A stretch of DNA of 60,083 bases from Rhodothermales bacterium (lineage in GTDB: Bacteria > Bacteroidota > Rhodothermia > Rhodothermales > Bin80): positions 1 to 60,083 of the forward strand of contig JAAXGT010000091.1 of assembly GCA_012271205.1 (NCBI GenBank), read 5' to 3'. How positions within the stretch are numbered: the first letter of the stretch is position 1; each line of letters starts with the position of its first letter. The notes beneath the pieces were generated by a model, which was given only the letters and a program-made list of their open reading frames with translations, was not told the origin of the DNA and searched no databases. Position numbers and translations under genes: made by a program. Shown here in pieces: positions 38,241-47,523 of the stretch.

Positions 38241-38969
38241 ATGCTGCACAGTATGGAGGATGCCGGTGCGTGCCAGGCAGGTCTCAGCTCTGCTGAAGCC
38301 TTGGTCAGGGACTTCAACCTGGCGCGGATGATTGATCACACGGCACTTAAACCTGAAACCACTGACGCGGACGTACACATCTTGTGCCAGGAAGCCAGGC
38401 GGTACTGTTTTGCGGCCGTGTGTATTCCGCCCTGTAATGTGACGGATGCTGCGCGGTGGCTGCAGGGCAGCGAAGTGGCGGTGTGCACCGTAATCGGATT
38501 CCCGCTGGGGGCTAGTCGATCGGACGTGAAGGCGGCCGAGGCCGCGCGGGCGGTGCGCGACGGGGCAGGCGAAATTGATGTGGTAATCGGTATAGGCCGA
38601 ATGAAAAGCGGCAAGTATAACGTGGTTGAAGAAGATATTCGTGCCGTAGTCGAAGCAGCACACGGTGTGGGTGGCGGCCAAATCCTGATCAAGGTTATAT
38701 TGGAGACGGTGCTTCTAACCGATGAGGAGAAGGTTATGGCCTGCAAACTGGCTCGAAACGCGGGGGCTGACTTTGTAAAAACGTCCACGGGCTTTGCGCG
38801 CGGTGGTGCCACTGAAGCAGATGTCATATTGATGCGGAAGACTGTGGGTGAAAGTATGGGGGTCAAGGCATCAGGTGGTATTCGAACGCCCGAAGATGCG
38901 GCCAAGATGATACGCAGCGGTGCCACGCGGATTGGCACCAGCGCGTCTGTAGCAATCGTCCGAGGATAG
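38241..38969 (+). CDS. deoC: deoxyribose-phosphate aldolase
   Basis: [49 protein letters not shown]. Start position uncertain. Confidence 0.95.
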   Translation: MLHSMEDAGACQAGLSSAEALVRDFNLARMIDHTALKPETTDADVHILCQEARRYCFAAVCIPPCNVTDAARWLQGSEVAVCTVIGFPLGASRSDVKAAEAARAVRDGAGEIDVVIGIGRMKSGKYNVVEEDIRAVVEAAHGVGGGQILIKVILETVLLTDEEKVMACKLARNAGADFVKTSTGFARGGATEADVILMRKTVGESMGVKASGGIRTPEDAAKMIRSGATRIGTSASVAIVRG

Positions 38970-38982
38970 GCTTGGCGTGTAC

Positions 38983-39522
38983 ATGAAAAAGCAGGGGACT
39001 CTTGTCTTGGTGTTTCTGGCGATTGTGGCGGGGTGCGCGGGTCCGGCTTCACGCACTGTGCTTGTAGATGACCAAGACAAAAACCAGGTTGCGATCAACT
39101 GGGCCGAACATGAGGACTTCGATGTTTTGACCTATGCTGAAGAGCAGCCCTCTCCAAGGCCGGTTATTGAGCACGACGCGCCCGCGGCCCTCTTGGCCGG
39201 TACACTGGGGAAACGTGGTGTGCCCGGCCAGCAGGCTGGCTTCAGGATCCAGATTCTGTCCACACAGGACAGGGAGGAGGCCGATCAGGTCGCGGCGCAG
39301 GCTGTAGCATGGTGGCAGCAACTGGCGGCCGAAGGTGCACTGGAAGATGTGTATCCTGGGCCCGAATCAACGCCTCCAGTGTACCAGGATTTCCGGGCTC
39401 CCTACTACCGGGTTCGGGTAGGCAATTTTGTACTGCGAGCACAGGCGGAGCGAATGCTGCCCGTGGTTGAAGACCGCTACGCCAGTGCCTTTATTGCTCC
39501 CGATCAGATCGTGATCAAATAG
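38983..39522 (+). CDS. SPOR domain lipoprotein
   Basis: Lipobox VAGC; 'GFRIQI.S', 'PYYRVRVGNF', 'AFIAPD'. Confidence 0.85.
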   Translation: MKKQGTLVLVFLAIVAGCAGPASRTVLVDDQDKNQVAINWAEHEDFDVLTYAEEQPSPRPVIEHDAPAALLAGTLGKRGVPGQQAGFRIQILSTQDREEADQVAAQAVAWWQQLAAEGALEDVYPGPESTPPVYQDFRAPYYRVRVGNFVLRAQAERMLPVVEDRYASAFIAPDQIVIK

Positions 39523-39530
39523 CTGCCGTA

Positions 39531-40337
39531 CTACCTGAGCGCGTCTTCAAGCACGGTTGCGGCGTCGGTTTTCGCGTCCCGGTACTTGACAATCACGGGT
39601 GTGTACAGCGAGAGTCCCTGCGATCTTCCAAAGGACGAGGTCACCGCACGCGCACCGGGGACTACCACCGCACGCGCCGGCACTTCCCGGCTGGATAGGA
39701 TACACTCGTTAACCAGGTCATAGATGCGAGTGGAGCCGGTAAGCGTCACATCTGGCGCGAGCACTGCCCCGGTTCGAACGACGACCCCCTCATACAGGCC
39801 GCAGCCGCCGCCGACAAAAACGTCGTCCTCCACTATAACCGGCAATGCACCCGCAGGCTCGAGCACACCGCCGACTTGGGCGGCGGCGGAAAGGTGCACA
39901 CGTTTGCCGATCTGGGCACAACTGCCCACTAGCGCATGCGAGTCGATCATCGTGCCTTCGTCGACATACGCACCCGTATTGATATACATGGGTGGCATGC
40001 AGATAACGCCGGGGGCAACATAGGAACCGGTACGGATGGCAGAGCCGCCTGGCACCAGGCGTACCCTGTCTTCAAGCCGAAGAGACTTGAGGGGAAATGT
40101 GTGCTTATCAAAAAAGGGAGCCCTGTCATGGCCGGCTGCCGTTAGTCGTCCTAGCCGGAATCCCATGAGGAGACCCTGCTTGACCCAAGCATGTGTCTGC
40201 CACATTCCGTCGTCCTGACGTGAGGCAGCGCGTATTTGCCCCCGATTCAAAGCATCGACCAGCGCATTGAACGTGCGCTCAGTTTCCACCGGGTCGCCAC
40301 TTGCAAGGCACTCGGCCACACGCACTTCCAAGCTCAT
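39531..40337 (-). CDS. dapD: tetrahydrodipicolinate N-succinyltransferase
   Basis: WVKQG.L..FR, R.VP, NTGAYVDEGTMID, GSCAQIG, GGVLEP. Confidence 0.95.
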   Translation of the reverse strand: MSLEVRVAECLASGDPVETERTFNALVDALNRGQIRAASRQDDGMWQTHAWVKQGLLMGFRLGRLTAAGHDRAPFFDKHTFPLKSLRLEDRVRLVPGGSAIRTGSYVAPGVICMPPMYINTGAYVDEGTMIDSHALVGSCAQIGKRVHLSAAAQVGGVLEPAGALPVIVEDDVFVGGGCGLYEGVVVRTGAVLAPDVTLTGSTRIYDLVNECILSSREVPARAVVVPGARAVTSSFGRSQGLSLYTPVIVKYRDAKTDAATVLEDALR

Positions 40338-41083
40338 TACTTTCTCAGTTTCCGTGCCGCACAGGCTGCCCCAATGATGCCGGCCTCATTCTGGAGCAGG
40401 GCGGGAACAAGTTCGGCACTGGTTTTAAGCAAATGGAGATATTGCGCAGTGCGCTTGGGACGACTGATTCCGCCGCCCAGAACGATCAGATCCGGATCAA
40501 GCAAAAACTCGGCATAGGACAAATAGGCCTGAAAGCGCTCAGCCCAGGCGCGCCACGTTAACGCGTCGCGTTTCCTGGCGCTGTTCGCCGCCCAAGCCTC
40601 GGCTATGGTGCCCCGCATGCGCAAGTGACCTAATTCCGTATTCGGCACCAGTCTGGAATTCACAAACAGACTCGAGCCAATGCCCGTGCCAACCGTGAGC
40701 ACGAGTACAGTTCCGCGATGGTCCTTTCCGGCCCCGAAGGTTATTTCGGCCAGTCCGGCTGCGTCCGCGTCGTTGATTACGGCTACCTTGCAGCCGGTGG
40801 CCTTGGCGAACAGCTTTCGCGCATTGGTACCGATCCACGAGTCGTCTATGTTGGCAGCGGTCTTGGCCACACCCTCCTTGACGCGGAAAGGCATGGCTAG
40901 TCCGATGGGACCACGCCAGGAAAACTGCTCTGTGACCGCCCGCACGGTAGCGGCGACATCACCCGGGTGGGCACCCGGGGGGGTCACCAGTCGAAAACGA
41001 TCGTGCACGAGGCGTCCTGTTGAAACATCGACGGGTGCGCCCTTTATGCCACTTCCGCCAACGTCAATTCCAAGTATGATCAC
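40337..41083 (-). CDS. ppgK: polyphosphate glucokinase (ROK family)
   Basis: GIDVGGSGIKGAPVD, AANIDDSWIG, NDADAAGLAE, PNTELGH, NEAGIIGAA. Confidence 0.92.
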   Translation of the reverse strand: MIILGIDVGGSGIKGAPVDVSTGRLVHDRFRLVTPPGAHPGDVAATVRAVTEQFSWRGPIGLAMPFRVKEGVAKTAANIDDSWIGTNARKLFAKATGCKVAVINDADAAGLAEITFGAGKDHRGTVLVLTVGTGIGSSLFVNSRLVPNTELGHLRMRGTIAEAWAANSARKRDALTWRAWAERFQAYLSYAEFLLDPDLIVLGGGISRPKRTAQYLHLLKTSAELVPALLQNEAGIIGAACAARKLRK

Positions 41084-41322
41084 GGCTGCAGTCTTCGAAT
41101 CCGGCAGATATTACGGGGCTGAAGATACATAGACCCGGCAAATCGCACCGAATCTGTCCGTCAGGCGTATATTCACCCTTTGATCGTAAGAATGGCACCA
41201 TGTTGCGAATTGTATTGTTTGTACTCGTGGCCGGATGTCTGACCTTTGGTGCATGCCAGTGTTCAGACAAACCGAAAACGGTCCCAGTGCAAACTCATGC
41301 CCTGTAATTCGGGCGGAATCAG

Positions 41323-43152
41323 ATGCTGATTCCGAACCATATCGTGGTCGAGGTACGTGAGGCCTCACCCATTCTTGATATCGTGCAGGATCATGTGCGG
41401 CTCAGGAAGCAGGGGCGGAATTGGGTAGGCTTGTGTCCTTTCCATGGAGAGCGCACGGCTTCTTTCAACGTCCATCCCGGAAAAGGCATTTTTAAGTGTT
41501 TCGGGTGCGGCAAAGGGGGTGATGTTATCCAGTTCGTTATGGAAATCGAGCGGTGGGATTTTCCGCAAGCGGTGCGCTTTTTGGCCCAGCGGGCCGGGAT
41601 CACCATACCAGAGAGCGGACAGGAATCGAGCGATAAACGGGAACCGCTCTACAATGCTCTGCGCTTTGCCACAAGATTCTTCCATTCGCAACTCAGAAAT
41701 ACCAGCGAAGGGCATGAAGCCGGTCGGTATTTGACCAATCGCGGCATCAGCCCGGAAACGATAAAGCGTTTCGGGATTGGTTACGCCCCGGACCGCTGGG
41801 ATGCCTTATTTCAAGCGGCCCGAGCCGAGCACATCAAGCCGGAAATCTTGCAAGCGGCCGGCTTGGTCGTGGCGCGGGACAGGGGCGGTTACTATGATCG
41901 ATTTCGGGGGCGCGTAATCTTTCCGATTTCATCCCACGTAGGCAAAGTCATTGGTTTTGGCGGGCGGAGACTCTTCGACAGGAGCGACACGCCCAAGTAC
42001 ATCAACAGTCCCGAAACGCAAGTGTATCATAAGAGTCGGGTGTTGTACGGATTGCTTCAGGGCAAACAATCCGTACGCAAAGCCGGAGAAGTGATTCTGG
42101 TTGAGGGATACACGGACGTGCTGGCGCTGCACCAGGCCGGCGTGGAAAATACGGTGGCTTGCTGCGGTACGGCGATCACACCGGAACAGGTAAAGCTGCT
42201 TAGCCGGTTCGCCAATCGCATAGTGCTTGTTTATGACGGGGACACGGCGGGCATTGACGCAACAAAGCGGGCGCTGGAGACCGTATTTGCCCAAGGCGTC
42301 GTGGCGTCTGTGGTGAGCCTGCCTGCGGGGCGCGATCCCGACGAGTTTGTGCGGGAATCCGGGCCGGAGGCGTTCTTGAAGTACTTGCAGGACCGGAAGG
42401 AGGACATCGTCAAATTCATACATGGCGCCGCGCTCTGCCACGGTGGCTTGAATTCACTGGAGTCTGTAGCCTATCACGCTGAGCAGGTTCTTCGCCTTAT
42501 TGTAAATCTTCCAGACCCGCTTTTAAGACAGCTCTATGTCCGTCGGGTAAGTGCGCAGTTTGCCGTGCCTGAAGACCAATTGACTAAAAAGCTGAAGCAG
42601 CTGCACGTGCCGGCTCAGGTGCCGGTTGATGTGTCTGCGCAGTCGCCGGCCGTGGTTTTGATGACTGTTCCAGAGATGGCGCTACTGCGAATCATGATTG
42701 AGCACGGAGGCCCCATGATTGAATTCATTATGGGGCGTATGAATCCCGGCGAGTTTAGTGAAGGGTCCGCGCGCCATATTGTGGAGCGGCTCCTTGCGCT
42801 ATACAAAGAACAGGGTGGCGAAACCAAGGCGGCAATCGATCGAGGTATGCTGATGCTGGATCCTTCGGCAAACCACGTGCTGGCACACGTCATGATGGAT
42901 GAATATCAGCCTTCCAAGAACTGGGAAACCAAGAATATCCGTGTCCCGCGGATAAACGAGGACACAAGGCGCGTGGCCCTAGATGCGATACAACAGGTGA
43001 AGATAAAGCGCGTCAACGAGCGGCTGGAGGCACTGAAGCGAACGATCGTTCAGGCGGCCTCCGGCAGCGAGGAACAAATGCGCTACCAGGCGCAGCTCTT
43101 AGACTTGTTAAAGCTCCGGCGCGAGCTGAAAAGCGGGGGATACTTTAAGTAA
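41323..43152 (+). CDS. dnaG: DNA primase
   Basis: CHC2 zinc finger CPFH...C.GC, DRFRGR, FGGR, KYINSPET, TOPRIM VEGY.D and YDGD.AG. Confidence 0.97.
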   Translation: MLIPNHIVVEVREASPILDIVQDHVRLRKQGRNWVGLCPFHGERTASFNVHPGKGIFKCFGCGKGGDVIQFVMEIERWDFPQAVRFLAQRAGITIPESGQESSDKREPLYNALRFATRFFHSQLRNTSEGHEAGRYLTNRGISPETIKRFGIGYAPDRWDALFQAARAEHIKPEILQAAGLVVARDRGGYYDRFRGRVIFPISSHVGKVIGFGGRRLFDRSDTPKYINSPETQVYHKSRVLYGLLQGKQSVRKAGEVILVEGYTDVLALHQAGVENTVACCGTAITPEQVKLLSRFANRIVLVYDGDTAGIDATKRALETVFAQGVVASVVSLPAGRDPDEFVRESGPEAFLKYLQDRKEDIVKFIHGAALCHGGLNSLESVAYHAEQVLRLIVNLPDPLLRQLYVRRVSAQFAVPEDQLTKKLKQLHVPAQVPVDVSAQSPAVVLMTVPEMALLRIMIEHGGPMIEFIMGRMNPGEFSEGSARHIVERLLALYKEQGGETKAAIDRGMLMLDPSANHVLAHVMMDEYQPSKNWETKNIRVPRINEDTRRVALDAIQQVKIKRVNERLEALKRTIVQAASGSEEQMRYQAQLLDLLKLRRELKSGGYFK

Positions 43153-43162
43153 TCAATTCCCG

Positions 43163-43930
43163 ATGCCCGAATTCTGGCGGACCCGGGTGCCGCAGTATGT
43201 GCGCCTCATGGGATATGTGGGTGGCCAGCGGCGTCTTGCTGCGAGGGGCAAGCGGTGTCGAATGCAGTGGAGGGCCCATGTATTGCGCAGCCGTGGGCTG
43301 ATGGTGGAAGCGGCCAACCACTGTTCCAGCCACGATCGGGTGCTAGTAGTGGGGTCCGGTCCGCTCCACGACATTCCTGTTGCACAGCTAAGTGCACGCT
43401 TTCGGGAGGTGGTCTTGCTTGACCTGGTGCATCTGCGTGGCGCACGTAGTGAGGTGCAGCGGTATCCTAATGTGCGGCTCGTACAGGGGGATGTCACGGG
43501 GGTAGCGGAGCAGGTGTTTGTGCGGCGTTCGCTATCGGTATGGCCAAGCGAGACGTGGGACTCCAACTATGACCTTATTATAAGTGCCAACGTCCTTTCC
43601 CAATTGCCGCTTGCGCCCTGCCAGTTCGTGCATGTTTCGGACACTGAAAAAACTACGTTTGCGCAGCGCATCGTTCGCGACCATATAAACTGGCTCTCAA
43701 AAGCGCGGGGACAGGTTTGTCTGATCACTGATGTGGAGAGACAGTACTGGAAATGTGGTCTGCTGCAGTGTGCGCACCCACTCTTATGGGGTTTCGCACT
43801 TCCTTCCGGCGCTTGTGAATGGATGTGGGATTTAGGGCCAAAGCCAGAGATGGATCCTGACTGCGATATAAGGCACAAGGTGCTGGCGTATGAGTCGTTC
43901 CCTAAAACGCACTGCTTCGCAAGCGAATAG
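43163..43930 (+). CDS. conserved hypothetical protein, SAM-methyltransferase-like Rossmann fold
   Basis: 'VLVVGSGPLHDIP', 'V.LLDLVH', 'GDVTG', 'DLIISANVLSQLP'. Confidence 0.7.
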   Translation: MPEFWRTRVPQYVRLMGYVGGQRRLAARGKRCRMQWRAHVLRSRGLMVEAANHCSSHDRVLVVGSGPLHDIPVAQLSARFREVVLLDLVHLRGARSEVQRYPNVRLVQGDVTGVAEQVFVRRSLSVWPSETWDSNYDLIISANVLSQLPLAPCQFVHVSDTEKTTFAQRIVRDHINWLSKARGQVCLITDVERQYWKCGLLQCAHPLLWGFALPSGACEWMWDLGPKPEMDPDCDIRHKVLAYESFPKTHCFASE

Positions 43931-44047
43931 TCATACGCCCAACGCAGCGTGCTGACTGCGCTTGGGGTGTTGTTTACCTCCGACCTTCTGTTGAAAGGGA
44001 GCAAGAGTCGTGATATCTTACCACATCTACTGACCCTCGATCTTTGG

Positions 44048-45085
44048 ATGTCCCACGACCACAGCGGTCACGACCACAGCCATGATCATGGCGGTCACGA
44101 CCACAGCCATGATCACGGCGGTCACGACCACAGCCATGATCATGGCCATGGCGGGGTATTCAGTGGCGGTCATTCGCATGATTTGCGAGGTGCGAGCAAG
44201 CGGCATTTAAAGTATGCCCTGTTCCTCATTCTCGGCTACATGTTCGTCGAGGTAGTCGGGGGCGTACTATCTGGAAGCTTGGCCCTGATCGCGGATGCTG
44301 GTCACATGCTTACCGATGCTGCGTCCATTGCGCTCGCGTTGGTCGCGATGTATTATGCCGAGCGTGCGGCCACGGCCAAACACACCTACGGCTTTCAGCG
44401 ATTTGAAATTCTGGCGGCTCTGGCCAATGCGCTTACACTCTGGTTGATTGTTGCGGTAATTCTGCACCAGGCTTATCAGCGCCTGTCTTCGCCCCCGGAG
44501 ATTGAAGGGGGCCTCATGCTGGCAGTCGGCTTTGTCGGGCTTCTGGTAAACGTGGGGGCCGCTGTCATCCTGCACAAATCAGTCAGCCACAGCGTAAACG
44601 TGGAAGGGGCCTACCAGCATGTGATCGCGGACCTTTTGGGTTCGGTCGGGGTCGTGATTTCGGGCGTGTTGATCTGGGCGTTCGGCTGGCAACTGGCCGA
44701 CTTGATCGTGACTGTAGTGCTGAGTCTTCTAATCCTGTGGGGGACTTGGGGTTTGCTTTCACGCGTTGTGCATGTGCTCTTGGAGGGCGTGCCCAAGCAT
44801 ATTGATGTTCACAAAATGTGCCGGGCGATTGAAGAGCTGCCCGGCGTTGCACTCATTCACGATATTCATGTTTGGACGCTTTCTCCAGGAAGTGATGCAT
44901 TGACGGCCCATGTCCTGATTGATCCGGAATACGAGGGCAAGCAGGACGGGATATTGCTCAAGTTGCGCCAAGTCATAAGCGGAGACTATGGCATAGGGCA
45001 CTTGACGATCCAACTGGAAACACAACTTACTGGATGTACCGAAGACCATCACGTAGACAACCTGTTGGCTCTTGCGGAAATGTAG
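44048..45085 (+). CDS. cation diffusion facilitator (CzcD/ZitB-like) with His-rich N-terminus
   Basis: SLALIADAGHMLTD, TYGFQRFEILAAL, NVEGAYQHVIAD.LGS, HDIHVW, HLTIQLE. Confidence 0.95.
   Translation: MSHDHSGHDHSHDHGGHDHSHDHGGHDHSHDHGHGGVFSGGHSHDLRGASKRHLKYALFLILGYMFVEVVGGVLSGSLALIADAGHMLTDAASIALALVAMYYAERAATAKHTYGFQRFEILAALANALTLWLIVAVILHQAYQRLSSPPEIEGGLMLAVGFVGLLVNVGAAVILHKSVSHSVNVEGAYQHVIADLLGSVGVVISGVLIWAFGWQLADLIVTVVLSLLILWGTWGLLSRVVHVLLEGVPKHIDVHKMCRAIEELPGVALIHDIHVWTLSPGSDALTAHVLIDPEYEGKQDGILLKLRQVISGDYGIGHLTIQLETQLTGCTEDHHVDNLLALAEM
44069..44146 (+). repeat. 27-bp tandem repeat (~3 copies) encoding HDHSHDHGG
   Basis: CACGACCACAGCCATGATCAYGGCGGT at 44069 and 44096, partial third copy at 44123, plus a short copy at 44054. 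Confidence 0.9.
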
Positions 45086-45236
45086 GAGACACAATAATAT
45101 TGCCTCCACGAAAGTCTCTAATTCGTGAAAGCGGCTGTTTTGGAAGCGGAATGGACTTTAGTATATTCTGTGCCTAACACCAATAATGCAGTACTCCAGC
45201 TGCTTTCCGTAACGTATCACTAACCGGTTATCTCAA

Positions 45237-45584
45237 ATGTCTGATCATCATACACACTCCCACACGGACCACACTCACGGCGACGATTGTGGCCACACTG
45301 CCATCAAGCATGGTGATCACTACGATTACCTGCATGACGGGCATATGCATCACCCACACGAAGACCATTCGGACGAGCATTCTCTCGAAGTGTCGGATGC
45401 GAATCCGGATGCATGCTCATCAGGCCACGATTGCTCTGGGCATGATGACAGTCACGTACATGGGGACGACTGTGGTCACGAAGCCGTTCCTCATGGCGAT
45501 CACACTGATTATTTGGTAGACGGTCACCTTCATCACCAGCACGAAGGTCACTGCGACCATCACGGTGTAGTAGAGACGGCATAA
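45237..45584 (+). CDS. His/Asp/Cys-rich two-repeat metal-binding protein
   Basis: 30 His and 5 Cys in 115 aa; two copies of HGDDCGHxAxxHGDHxDYLxDGHxHHxHExHxDxH. Confidence 0.85.
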   Translation: MSDHHTHSHTDHTHGDDCGHTAIKHGDHYDYLHDGHMHHPHEDHSDEHSLEVSDANPDACSSGHDCSGHDDSHVHGDDCGHEAVPHGDHTDYLVDGHLHHQHEGHCDHHGVVETA

Positions 45585-45651
45585 GTAGGCCGGCCCAGGT
45601 GGTGCCACTGGCCGCAAAGTGGTTTCTGACTGTGTTTCGGCCTTGGTCTTA

Positions 45652-46068
45652 TTAATAGTATCGCTCCAAGCGCTCACTGGAGTCAGGGTCATATGACTTC
45701 TGGATCCAGTACGTATCCCGATTGCGATTTATCTTTCGCCGGAGTGGGTCCCGCCCGGTCAAGCGCATTATAAGACCGATGGGCGTGATCATAAGGAAAA
45801 AAACGGCGGTGAGGATTACGTGCGTCATAACGAAGCCGAGCGCAAGGGCGAACGCCATCCAAGGTACATAGAGTGGTCGCAGAAATCGTGGCGCGCACAG
45901 GCCCAGAAGGATCAGCAGCGTGCCAGCCGCGAAAATTCCCCAACCAATCCCATCTCCCTTCCACAGGAGCACACCTGCAATGAGGGTGGCTACAAGCCCA
46001 ACGAGCAGGCCGAAGGAGCGGAGCTTCGACCGCGAAGTATCCAGGCGCTTTATTTCGTTGAGTATCAC
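45652..46068 (-). CDS. SxtJ-family membrane protein
   Basis: 'LRSFGL', 'P..LRPLY..WM..A..LG', 'ITPIGL.MR..G.DPL', 'TYW', 'LERYY'. Confidence 0.85.
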   Translation of the reverse strand: MILNEIKRLDTSRSKLRSFGLLVGLVATLIAGVLLWKGDGIGWGIFAAGTLLILLGLCAPRFLRPLYVPWMAFALALGFVMTHVILTAVFFLMITPIGLIMRLTGRDPLRRKINRNRDTYWIQKSYDPDSSERLERYY

Positions 46069-46791
46069 TTAGGCCTCCGCAGCGCAGTCGATCAAGTGCC
46101 TAAATAACGGGAGCAGATTCATACGCTCGGGGTGGAATTGCACGCCGATGCGAGTGCCCTCGGCATTCTCAATAGCTTCGATTATGCCGTCCGGGCTGCA
46201 GGCGCTGACGCGGTAGCCCGTGCCGGGTGTGCGAAGCGCCTGGAGATGTCGTGTGTTAACCTCCATGGACGTAACCTGAAGCAGCCGGTGCAAGTGAGTG
46301 TTTGGGTCGATTCGTATTGTATGCATCGTGGCCCCTCGACTTTCGCTGTGCACCAAGGCATTTGGATGCTGCTGTTCCGCATCTGCATAGAGGGCTCCGC
46401 CGGCCATCACACCCATGAGTTGCATTCCGTAACAAATTCCCAAGACGGGAAGGTCTTGGTTGTATGCTGTTTGAAGAAACAAGGTGTCGGAAGCCCACCG
46501 CAATGGATCCACCGGAGATAGCACCTCCGGCAGCGTGCCCGCCATATTGTGTGTGATTCCAGGTCCGCCAGGGACTACAAGCCCGTCTATACGTGTGCAC
46601 AATTGAGCGGCAACTTTCGGATCACTGATTGTTGGCAAAAGAACAGGCAGACCACCGGTCTCGGCCACGCACCGCACGTAGGCGTGGTCAATTCTTTGCT
46701 GTCCCTTTTCCAGCGATGTCGATATGCCAATGATAACCGCCACGGGAGGCCTATCACCGGGTGAGGTCTCTGAAGGTAATGCGCTGTGCAT
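46069..46791 (-). CDS. peptidase C26 / gamma-glutamyl-GABA hydrolase-family amidotransferase
   Basis: GG.PV.LP, DGLVVPGG, PVLGICYGMQ, DGIIEAIE, GVQFHPE. Confidence 0.9.
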   Translation of the reverse strand: MHSALPSETSPGDRPPVAVIIGISTSLEKGQQRIDHAYVRCVAETGGLPVLLPTISDPKVAAQLCTRIDGLVVPGGPGITHNMAGTLPEVLSPVDPLRWASDTLFLQTAYNQDLPVLGICYGMQLMGVMAGGALYADAEQQHPNALVHSESRGATMHTIRIDPNTHLHRLLQVTSMEVNTRHLQALRTPGTGYRVSACSPDGIIEAIENAEGTRIGVQFHPERMNLLPLFRHLIDCAAEA

Positions 46792-47092
46792 TCCTTCGCC
46801 GTGAACTGCTGCGCAGGGCTACAATCGTGTATGCGTGCGCACGCAGGCTGCTGGCGATGTGCAGTGGCAACTTTCGGCTGTCCAGAAGCTCGTGCAAGGC
46901 ACGCTTGATGGTGCGACACGCCTGATTTGGCCCACTCGTGGATGCTCCATGGATTATCCGGATTGAATCGCGCCCGCGATCTACGGCTTTGACAATCAGT
47001 GCACGGATCAGGGCTATAGCGTCGTCCACTGTACAACCGTGAACGTCCAATTCAGGTCGGTGGCCGTCGTCAACAAGGCGCGCAGTCATCAC
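46754..47092 (-). CDS. Smr/MutS2 domain protein
   Basis: 'ELDVHG.TVDDA', 'IRIIHG'. Confidence 0.85.
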   Translation of the reverse strand: MMTARLVDDGHRPELDVHGCTVDDAIALIRALIVKAVDRGRDSIRIIHGASTSGPNQACRTIKRALHELLDSRKLPLHIASSLRAHAYTIVALRSSSRRRNAQRITFRDLTR

Positions 47093-47523
47093 GTCACCGG
47101 TACGAATTCATTCTGCAACCAAGTCTGGATCTCATTGCGTACCTGCCGATAAACCGCACGTTTTTCGTCGTCAGTGCCCTGCACGCCACGCGGGTCCACG
47201 AACCGGCGATGGATCACTTTGAGCTGGGCCGGCACATAGGGACACGCTTCCCGGGCGGAATCACAGACCGTTACCACGTAGTCGGGTGGCAGACTGGCAT
47301 AAGCATCTACGTGCTCTGACGTGTGTTCAGAAATGTCTATTCCGATTTCGCGCATAACCGCCACTGCGAAAGGGCTGACACCCGTTGGAGTGGTCCCCGC
47401 GCTGCACGCTTCATAGGCATTGCCGTAGAGGTGCCGCAACAATCCTTCGGCCATCTGGGACCGGGACGAATTGTGTGTGCAAACAAACAGCACGACCGGT
47501 TTTTTTAGGTCTGCACTTGCCAT
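47089..47523 (-). CDS. arsC: arsenate reductase / LMW-PTPase family protein
   Basis: VLFVCTHNSSRSQMAEG, SAGT.P, VTVCD.A.E.CP, F.DP. Confidence 0.9.
   Translation of the reverse strand: MASADLKKPVVLFVCTHNSSRSQMAEGLLRHLYGNAYEACSAGTTPTGVSPFAVAVMREIGIDISEHTSEHVDAYASLPPDYVVTVCDSAREACPYVPAQLKVIHRRFVDPRGVQGTDDEKRAVYRQVRNEIQTWLQNEFVPVT

Noticed and set aside
44054-44146. Short direct repeats as possible CRISPR array
   Set aside because: No spacers; in-frame coding repeats of the CDF His tail; no cas genes in the window.
45090-45190. AT-rich pseudo-palindrome CAATAATATTG as Zur/Fur box
   Set aside because: Too short and degenerate to support without comparative data.
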